Below, in pieces: positions 57,201 to 64,000 of a stretch of 64,000 nt of DNA. The stretch is from positions 143,024 to 207,023 of the forward strand of contig DACE01000033.1 in NCBI GenBank assembly GCA_002494645.1. Direction: 5' to 3'. Positions within the stretch are counted from its first letter, which is position 1. Every line of letters begins with the position of its first letter. The position numbers and the translations under genes were made by a program. Origin of the DNA: Euryarchaeota archaeon UBA256. Lineage in GTDB: Archaea; Thermoplasmatota; Poseidoniia; Poseidoniales; Poseidoniaceae. The notes beneath the pieces were generated by a model that was not told where the DNA came from, did no database searches, and saw only the letters and a list, made by a program, of their open reading frames with translations.

Positions 57201-60024
57201 TAACTGGGTCTGGACGGCGACGGGAGATTGGACAATCAACGGATCGTACTTGGAAAGTTCTGGTGTACCACAGAGTGCAATCGGTGGTGAACTTCGCGTT
57301 TATGTGCCGGAAAATGCGGTACCAAAGCGCCATGTATTTGTTGACAAAGACGCTTCTGAGCCCGACATGGAACTCAACATCACTGTCCAAGTGCTTCAGG
57401 TATATCGTTCCAATATATCTCTGATACAACCGGCACCTACTGCTGAAGGCAATGCCCTTTCTCTGAATGTAAGTGAACCGCATCGATTCCTGCTCTTCTT
57501 GGAAAACCCCGGCAATGGAGAGGATACCTTTGTGCTGACCGCAGAGGTCGAAAGTCCAAATCACGCATCAACCCCAGAAGTTGATTTCACCTTCTATGAC
57601 CCAGAAAAGACACTCGGAGCGCTTTCGACAGGTATTGGGTCCGTTGATGTGGAATTGTCAGAAGAAATACCTGCATTATTGCCGTTCACAATCCGTTTTA
57701 CATGGTCTTCTCAAGGTGACGAGAGTGTTTCTCAAAGTGCACTGGCGTACATCCAAGCGGCTCCAAGTCACGAGTGGGATGTTGACCTGCTCAATCAAAG
57801 CAGCGTAGAAGCAATTCCAGGTTCTGATGTTCATTTTGAATTCAATGTCACCAACCGAGGTAATGCTCCTGATAGCCTCAATCTCGTACCAGTACTCAAC
57901 ATCATAGGCCTTGGTAATGACACCATCACCTGGTCAGCGGACGAAGTGAATACATCGGTTGTGCCCATTAACGAAAGCACATCAATCCGCTTCACTCTTG
58001 AGGTCCCACTCCTAACATGGGCTGGAACCATCGGTGAAGTCACCCTTCAACATGTCGCAAGCACCTATGTCATCGGGGAAACATCGGTGAATGTCACCGT
58101 GGCAGAAATCTATGGATGGAAATTAAATCTCACGGGAACCGACTTAGAAGTTGATCCTGAAGGGCAGAATCTTACCTTAGAATTGATTCATGAAGGCAAC
58201 GGACATGAAATTCCCTACTTCGCTAAGGCAGGAGCCGGGTGGAACATCACATTACCCAACGCTGGTGATGTTGTTGAACCCTACGGCACGACCAGTTTTA
58301 CTGTCTTTGTTCAGCCCCCCGAAAATGCCATTGCTGGCGAGGTAGGCGTCATGCGGATTCGTATCACTGGTGATGACCTTAACGGGAAAATTGTCGAAGA
58401 GATTCCTCTGCGAGTAGGCGCTGCACCCCAACTCGAAATTGACCACAGGGGGGCATGGAATGTCAATACTGCCGGAGGCTACCCTACTGCGTGGATTGTC
58501 AATCAAGGAAACGATGTTGCACTCATCACACTTGATGTCAATGGATTGCCCGATGGGTGGACCACGCAACAAGGGTCACAGGTCGTCCTTGCCCCCGGTG
58601 AGGTCAAGGGGATGCCGCTATCGCTGGTCCCCGCAGTTGATTGGAATCAGCAACGTTTCCTGCTCACCATCAACGTCAATCACCCCATATTGGGAACCAT
58701 TCCTCACGATATCGAAGTCGAATATTCCGAATTATCGTTCGCCACGACGCCTGTCATTGACAGTTACATTGGTACTGAACACACATTCCTCCTCCATGAT
58801 ACTGGGAGTGAAACCCTTGCATTATCTGCGAGCTTAGACCTCCAACGAGAGAATGAGAAAGTAACCTTCATCCAGCCATCTGATTCGGGAGAAATCAAAA
58901 TCGCATATTCCGGCGCCTCAACAACTGGAAATTTGTCCCTCTACCTCGTTGCGAGGACCTACCCCGACGCCTTAGCCTCCTGTGAATTTAATGACAATGT
59001 GTTCGGGGATTTAGGCAGAATCACCCTCTCAGGGTCAATCGGTCAATGTGAACTCACCGCTTCGGAGTATGAAGATCTTCGGGCGGTCTTGACGCTGATT
59101 ACTTCAGAAGGTGAACGCATTCTGATCGATGAGGATGCTTGGACGGTTTCGGCTGGAGATAATGACACCGTCAACATCACGCTCAGCGAATGGACGCCGA
59201 ATCCAGGTGAATTCATTCTCATGGCGACCATGTACGATCAATTCGGGAGGGAACTTGCACAAACATCCCAAGCCCTTATCTCACGGGCTACTAATTGGAA
59301 CATCGGAATCAATTCATTGACAAGCGATGGGGATATCACCGTCGGTATTCAACGCACAGGGTACAACATTCTTGCTCAGGCTGTGTGCGAATTGACTGTG
59401 AGTTCAACAGGAGGATGGAGTGGAACATACTATGTTGATGTAGCCTACTCGGATTTTGCACCTGTGATTTTGATTGAGAATCCAGGTGATATTGAGAAAG
59501 ATGAAAAGATCACAGCTGTCCTCTCCTGCTCGGTTCCGTTTGATATTGATGATGACCCCGAGGACGACTCAGCCACGACGTTCTACAAACCTGAAAGTTT
59601 GCTCAGTGTGTCATCGACTGATGTTGAATGGATTATTGGCAGCGCTATCATCGTCATGGCCATCGCTTGGCTCTCAGGACTGATACGGCCTCGCCAAGAT
59701 GGTTTAACAAGGCCATCACCAAGTAAAGAGGAAGATGCCACAACGTCGAAAACGCAGGAAACCGTAGAGGAAGTTGATGATATCCAAGTTCAATCCGACC
59801 CTAACGACGAAAACGAAATCGCAGTAGAATTTAGTGAAGACCTCACCCCTATTGATGACGTAACATCAACAATTGAGGTCATTGACGCACCAGAACAACA
59901 GATCGATTCAGACCCATCTGCGAGCGGTCGATTGGCATCCATGCGGGATGAACTCGACGATCAAAGCATCGAAGAGCGTGAAGGTTCAATCGAAGACAGA
60001 ATGAACCAGTTCTTCGGGCGTTGA
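54280..60024 (+). CDS. Giant (1914 aa) surface protein: signal peptide, FG-GAP/integrin-alpha-like propeller repeats, CARDB and multiple Ig-like domains, C-terminal TM anchor and acidic cytoplasmic tail
   Basis: FG-GAP Ca-loops DIDADGFQEIIVV, DLELDGSPELVLA, QLDGDDAPEMILT, DIDDEGTPEIIVA and DVDGDGNIDLLVGD. CARDB hallmark ...VLDINQNITEQREDNN. TM helix IIGSAIIVMAIAWLSGLI near the C-terminus. Confidence 0.85.
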   Translation: MMPQQRGSSQRANGAALLMVCLMLTLPITPLFSSQPEVLADEPHIHMTGQTYDAYDQPWPQYGRTPTHNFSMPNHDPNGGPGEGNVSDVTSLASLVNPVVNWQVFNSGDGSDAYGSVIGDFSQSISASQAAVERCGQGTLFPVMISSTITDGSRESFLNIISGNDAKIAWRVSLGVTEAIRSTPIIHDIDADGFQEIIVVYDTQGALNIDVWSPRLTCTESNWATSGHSNELLWSYTDAEVRIGSPSPHFATANSDHKAVTQPLLADLELDGSPELVLAVVDDPSDNPTPMVHAYALQNLQPSGAEWSVNLDRGTHPSDPVWAQLDGSTTSVLLTTIDGNTGNMWIWKIDGDSGSLDWERVAVQGTDSDSDSPRLRLPGPVITQLDGDDAPEMILTVPTDPNGRTSGNGARFIGMEITSTTEVFNFRAQNGYADAQPLPLDTDDDGISDRLCWVTWYSESTVSFNRKGMLGCTDISDENPVTEWTRDLQRGSGNDNDEIAVSPPIWMDIDDEGTPEIIVAFGRRVWAFDGDTGASADINNEWSTPLNMPHRTWSAPALADVDGDGNIDLLVGDTLVSNRGPDFAPSSDNRGLSFNPAQADPGALVTVTAQFSNVGTGEADDDLDAAIIMNGVELTRERFTESEPVAPSAEGGPQTFTAEFTAELGLHVFELVLDINQNITEQREDNNRAAASYLVVEPHVAELAGPIETTRINPGTTQTLSVQLTATGSQIAEWTLTYDDSNLPADWTFQPSSGTVLSTELTPQVSQTVEFDTSVPIDALGDESGVVSFLLSLNTDASINTTLQVPIEVFRTRGLDMVGASGLNASMGQGRPGTVAKSWFMVENLGNAVETTTSITWTAPTWGGSPSLHDANGNELFSINLQPGEEKELFAYLDTPVGTTVGTSTETTLTMCMGSGEEALCESLSIHFMAVEIAAHPSHHRTLPNHTIAWQLDGELPNSGKVQWNMAAAGMSQPNWVWTATGDWTINGSYLESSGVPQSAIGGELRVYVPENAVPKRHVFVDKDASEPDMELNITVQVLQVYRSNISLIQPAPTAEGNALSLNVSEPHRFLLFLENPGNGEDTFVLTAEVESPNHASTPEVDFTFYDPEKTLGALSTGIGSVDVELSEEIPALLPFTIRFTWSSQGDESVSQSALAYIQAAPSHEWDVDLLNQSSVEAIPGSDVHFEFNVTNRGNAPDSLNLVPVLNIIGLGNDTITWSADEVNTSVVPINESTSIRFTLEVPLLTWAGTIGEVTLQHVASTYVIGETSVNVTVAEIYGWKLNLTGTDLEVDPEGQNLTLELIHEGNGHEIPYFAKAGAGWNITLPNAGDVVEPYGTTSFTVFVQPPENAIAGEVGVMRIRITGDDLNGKIVEEIPLRVGAAPQLEIDHRGAWNVNTAGGYPTAWIVNQGNDVALITLDVNGLPDGWTTQQGSQVVLAPGEVKGMPLSLVPAVDWNQQRFLLTINVNHPILGTIPHDIEVEYSELSFATTPVIDSYIGTEHTFLLHDTGSETLALSASLDLQRENEKVTFIQPSDSGEIKIAYSGASTTGNLSLYLVARTYPDALASCEFNDNVFGDLGRITLSGSIGQCELTASEYEDLRAVLTLITSEGERILIDEDAWTVSAGDNDTVNITLSEWTPNPGEFILMATMYDQFGRELAQTSQALISRATNWNIGINSLTSDGDITVGIQRTGYNILAQAVCELTVSSTGGWSGTYYVDVAYSDFAPVILIENPGDIEKDEKITAVLSCSVPFDIDDDPEDDSATTFYKPESLLSVSSTDVEWIIGSAIIVMAIAWLSGLIRPRQDGLTRPSPSKEEDATTSKTQETVEEVDDIQVQSDPNDENEIAVEFSEDLTPIDDVTSTIEVIDAPEQQIDSDPSASGRLASMRDELDDQSIEEREGSIEDRMNQFFGR

Positions 60025-60069
60025 TTCGTTCATGAGAAGGTATTATTCACAAGGCGCAGTGGCGAGTCC

Positions 60070-60756
60070 ATGGACGAGTCGGCTCTCTCCTCTACATCTC
60101 CATTTTACACCTTGGATGCCTTCAACGGTCAATGGGCCAACGGGCTGATAACAGCGGTTGAAGATGCACAGAGTGGCAATACAAGCACGTGGTCCGAATA
60201 TATCGTCCAACACAGCGATATTGCCCAACGCCTTAGCACTCAGGGAATCAAAGAGCCTCAGAATTTTGAAACGATTCAGTGGGATCCAGCGACGCTCTTA
60301 TTCACAGTTTGTGTCGAAATTACTGCAGATGGACGACCTCTTCCGTTGGGTGACCGATTGAACCGAGAACGATTCGGACGCTTTCCATACGGAAATGGTT
60401 CTGCTCTCGACTATCTGCTTGAATTCATCCGACCCAATCGTAGCATAACAGATAATGACGGCCAAGACATCTATGATTTGATCATTGATGATCTACGCAC
60501 GCTTTCTGCTGGCTGTACTGAGGAATTTAGGGGACATGCATTGTTTGAATCCGGATTCGGAGGAATGAACATCCAAGGATACCTCTCCAGCGAGCAGGTG
60601 AGAACGTTGAGGAAGAATCTTGCATCAAGGACATGGACTGCATCATACGAGGAACCACTGGATGGTGGAGTAGCAGATGTCGCTAAGCATTTCATTGCCC
60701 TGCTCAAGGCGGCAGAGAGAAGGCAGGTCGGTATTGTCCTACGCTCACATTCGTAA
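60070..60756 (+). CDS. Hypothetical cytoplasmic protein
   Basis: A 228-aa ORF lying 45 nt downstream of the giant surface-protein gene. No motif recognised. Confidence 0.5.
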   Translation: MDESALSSTSPFYTLDAFNGQWANGLITAVEDAQSGNTSTWSEYIVQHSDIAQRLSTQGIKEPQNFETIQWDPATLLFTVCVEITADGRPLPLGDRLNRERFGRFPYGNGSALDYLLEFIRPNRSITDNDGQDIYDLIIDDLRTLSAGCTEEFRGHALFESGFGGMNIQGYLSSEQVRTLRKNLASRTWTASYEEPLDGGVADVAKHFIALLKAAERRQVGIVLRSHS

Positions 60757-60757
60757 A

Positions 60758-61663
60758 TCAAAATGTTTGAGAAGTTAATCGCTCGTACATTGAGGCGTAC
60801 AATGACGCTGTTTCGTCAATAACCGACTGGGGAAGTGCAGGAATCGGAGGTTCATCCGTACCAGCATCACGAGCGGCCTTCAAATCGTTTTGATGGCCCG
60901 TTCCAATGTAGTGAGAGCGAACAAATTCTTTGCTTAACTCGATGCATTCACCATTATCATATGCTTCTGCATCCCACCAGCGGTCCTCATCGAGAGTGCC
61001 AAAGGTGTCAACGAGTACAACTTCACGGTTCGTTCCCAAAGCAAATTCCTTTTTGCCATCGACGTGGATCAATCCGTTTCGGGCAGCTTCTCGTTCAATG
61101 ATTTCATCAACACCAAGAGCAGCTGCTACAATCGCATCGTATTCTTCTTCGGTGATGTTGGAGATTTCAAGTCCCTCGTCTCGATTGATGTTGCGGTCAA
61201 ACTTTTCGAATTTGGTTGTGACTTCAACAAAGGGTTGTGCCAATTTGACACCGTACTCACAGTCAGGAGCAACACCCAAGGCTTCAGCAGAGAGTTCTCC
61301 ACGCTGAAACCGACGCCAAGCAGACCCAGAAAGGTAATGGCGGACAATAACTTCAAGAGGGACGAAAACCCATTCCATATCACGAGGAATGGCGCCTGGT
61401 TCCTTGATTACTTTGACCTTACGTACCAAACATCGGTCAGCGGCATTGACCTCGATTAAGTGAGTTTTACAGATTCCAGCGTCTTCAACCAATTTGAACC
61501 AATGAGCGGTCGTGCGATTAAGGGATTCACCCTTGCGAGGTATAAGAGATGGAATAATTTGGTCGAAGACAGAAATCTGATTTGTAAACCTAAATTCCAG
61601 AACTTCTGGATCGTCAGTCGACCAAACTTGCTTCACTTTTCCTTGGTAGAGCATTTCTCCCAT
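60758..61663 (-). CDS. purC: Phosphoribosylaminoimidazole-succinocarboxamide (SAICAR) synthase
   Basis: YQGKVKQVW...FTNQISVFD, the VRKVKVIKEP region and LVDTFGTLDEDRWW fit the long-form PurC pattern. Confidence 0.9.
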   Translation of the reverse strand: MGEMLYQGKVKQVWSTDDPEVLEFRFTNQISVFDQIIPSLIPRKGESLNRTTAHWFKLVEDAGICKTHLIEVNAADRCLVRKVKVIKEPGAIPRDMEWVFVPLEVIVRHYLSGSAWRRFQRGELSAEALGVAPDCEYGVKLAQPFVEVTTKFEKFDRNINRDEGLEISNITEEEYDAIVAAALGVDEIIEREAARNGLIHVDGKKEFALGTNREVVLVDTFGTLDEDRWWDAEAYDNGECIELSKEFVRSHYIGTGHQNDLKAARDAGTDEPPIPALPQSVIDETASLYASMYERLTSQTF

Positions 61664-61720
61664 GATTGATTGTCCACGAAATCAGCATTTGAACATTTCA
61701 CATTGAACTGTTGGTAAACA

Positions 61721-62383
61721 TCAGAGGAAACCAAGCGCATCTTCAATACGATTAAGTTCAGGACCCGTGGTTTTCGTACCGGAGACTGCACCGTCATTTG
61801 AGGCACAGGTGCCTGCGCCAACATAGGGTGAACCAAAGGAGACTGTTCCGACCATCGGAGGTACTCCGAGGATGTCCTCAATGAGCATGGCCTCATCAGG
61901 AGTTACATCTGGATGGAGGAGGACACCTTGGTCGTTGGTAACTGCAAGGCTCCCAACCACGTCTTGTCCCGCAACGGTTGTAGATACAATGTCAACCCCC
62001 AAAACTTCAGCTAAAATCTCAAGGCCATCTTGTGGGATACTTGGGGAGGCTACTGCCCCATGTTCGTTGACAATCAACAGATTACCGGCAGTATTCACAC
62101 CACCCTCCATAACAACCACATCTCCATATGATGTTAATTGGTCAATATCGTCTTCTGTGGCAATATCTGCAACAGCAATCCCACGCTGATTGCCTGAAAC
62201 CAGAGCACCAACGAGGTTGGAGCCCCCAATCGAGATCGGTTGGAGTTCAAGCCCGAGATTGTTAGAGAGAATATCGAGGGTAGGTTGTGGAAGTTCTGGA
62301 GGATGGAACAGGACCTTTCCTACCGTGGCGAGATGGACGCCAACTTGGTCACTACCAAAAATATCAACAGTGTCGATTGGCAT
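61721..62383 (-). CDS. eif6: Translation initiation factor 6 (aIF6)
   Basis: 220 aa with five-fold pseudo-repeats containing GS/GN.VG elements (IFGSDQVGVHLA, IGGSNLVGALV, GVNTAGNLLIVN, VAGQDVVGSLAV, SFGSPYVGAG). Confidence 0.9.
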   Translation of the reverse strand: MPIDTVDIFGSDQVGVHLATVGKVLFHPPELPQPTLDILSNNLGLELQPISIGGSNLVGALVSGNQRGIAVADIATEDDIDQLTSYGDVVVMEGGVNTAGNLLIVNEHGAVASPSIPQDGLEILAEVLGVDIVSTTVAGQDVVGSLAVTNDQGVLLHPDVTPDEAMLIEDILGVPPMVGTVSFGSPYVGAGTCASNDGAVSGTKTTGPELNRIEDALGFL

Positions 62384-62412
62384 GTGATCAGTCCTTAGGT
62401 CGGGATGTTGGT

Positions 62413-62420
62413 TCTAAAAT
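62413..62420 (-). promoter_or_regulatory. TATA-like box (ATTTTAGA) 30-37 nt upstream of the aIF6 ATG
   Basis: An AT-rich box in an otherwise GC-balanced spacer. A second box, ATTTTAAC, lies at 62426-62433. The first would give a very short leader. Confidence 0.3.
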
Positions 62421-62445
62421 GTGATGTTAAAATCCGATAGAACGC

Positions 62446-62477
62446 AAAAAAGGCCGGCCTCAAATGAGGTCCGGCCT
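62446..62477 (-). terminator. GC-rich hairpin followed by T6 downstream of 5S rRNA (rRNA operon terminator)
   Basis: The minus strand reads AGGCCGGACCTCA-TT-TGAGGCCGGCCT followed by TTTTT. It starts 42 nt after the predicted 5S 3' end. Confidence 0.55.
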
Positions 62478-62518
62478 AATGCGCCCTTACGGGGGAGGAT
62501 TTCCAAGGTGAAAAGAGA

Positions 62519-62640
62519 GGGGCACAGTGACTTCCTTTCCCGTGGACTCTCGTACCACAGTAATGGGAAAGACGCAGAAGGGCTTGACTTCTGGGTTCGG
62601 AATGGGACCAGGTATACACCTTCGCTGTGACCGTGCACCC
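62519..62640 (-). rRNA. rrf: 5S rRNA
   Basis: The reverse complement contains the universal CCTGGTCCCATTCCGAACCCAGAAGTCAAGCC block. The terminal helix I pairs GGGTGCACGGTCAC with GTCACTGTGCCC. Ends are accurate to within a few nt. Confidence 0.85.
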
Positions 62641-62739
62641 ATCTCTTTTCGAATCGGATAGGATGCGACGTAGCGTCGCAAGTGAATTGGCATGATATTT
62701 TAGACGAAGGGCACTCATGGTGCGGATACATACACGGAA

Positions 62740-64000
<1,261 letters not shown>

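Overview
This is a densely packed archaeal chromosomal window with about 46 protein genes, 2 tRNAs, a 5S rRNA and the 3' ~1.26 kb of a 23S rRNA that runs off the right edge. I found no CRISPR array, transposase, integrase or obvious prophage or defence island. An archaeal origin is supported by several features:
- an rpo7-spt4-rps24e-rps27ae operon
- aIF6
- an archaeal-type AlaRS
- DTD2-type D-aminoacyl-tRNA deacylase
- geranylgeranyl reductase
- a RadB-like protein
- BRE/TATA-like boxes ahead of both tRNAs

The gene content suggests a marine heterotrophic Thermoplasmatota lineage (MGII/Poseidoniales-like). It includes huge secreted Ca-binding-repeat proteins, proline dehydrogenase, peptidases and an MMPL exporter. 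This lineage call is inference only.

Housekeeping genes recognised from motifs:
- topoisomerase III-like (5'-truncated)
- GGR
- MqnC/E-type radical SAM enzyme
- Xaa-Pro aminopeptidase
- GlyA
- alanine aminotransferase
- EVE-domain protein
- ValRS, AlaRS
- DinB
- SerA-like dehydrogenase
- RmuC
- Nudix hydrolase
- RtcB
- SufS-like desulfurase
- subtilase
- PRODH
- PurC

The most interesting locus is 28.1-32.8 kb. It holds a catalytically intact Y-family polymerase. Beside it sits a RadB/RecA-fold protein whose P-loop lysine is lost. A family-B polymerase follows, with all three 3'-5' exonuclease motifs destroyed and non-canonical motifs B and C. A 94-aa ORF is translationally coupled to that polymerase. 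Together these resemble an archaeal analogue of a bacterial ImuA/ImuB/DnaE2-type damage-tolerance (mutasome) module.

Other notable items:
- a lipoprotein fusing thrombospondin-type-3 Ca-binding repeats to a PNGase F-like domain
- a two-gene surface-protein operon
- a 1914-aa FG-GAP/CARDB surface giant
- a 1012-aa polytopic membrane protein
- a complete absence of intergenic space at every convergent gene junction, four of which are palindromic back-to-back stop codons

All calls come from reading the translated ORFs and the DNA by eye. No database search was possible, and start codons are the least certain coordinates.
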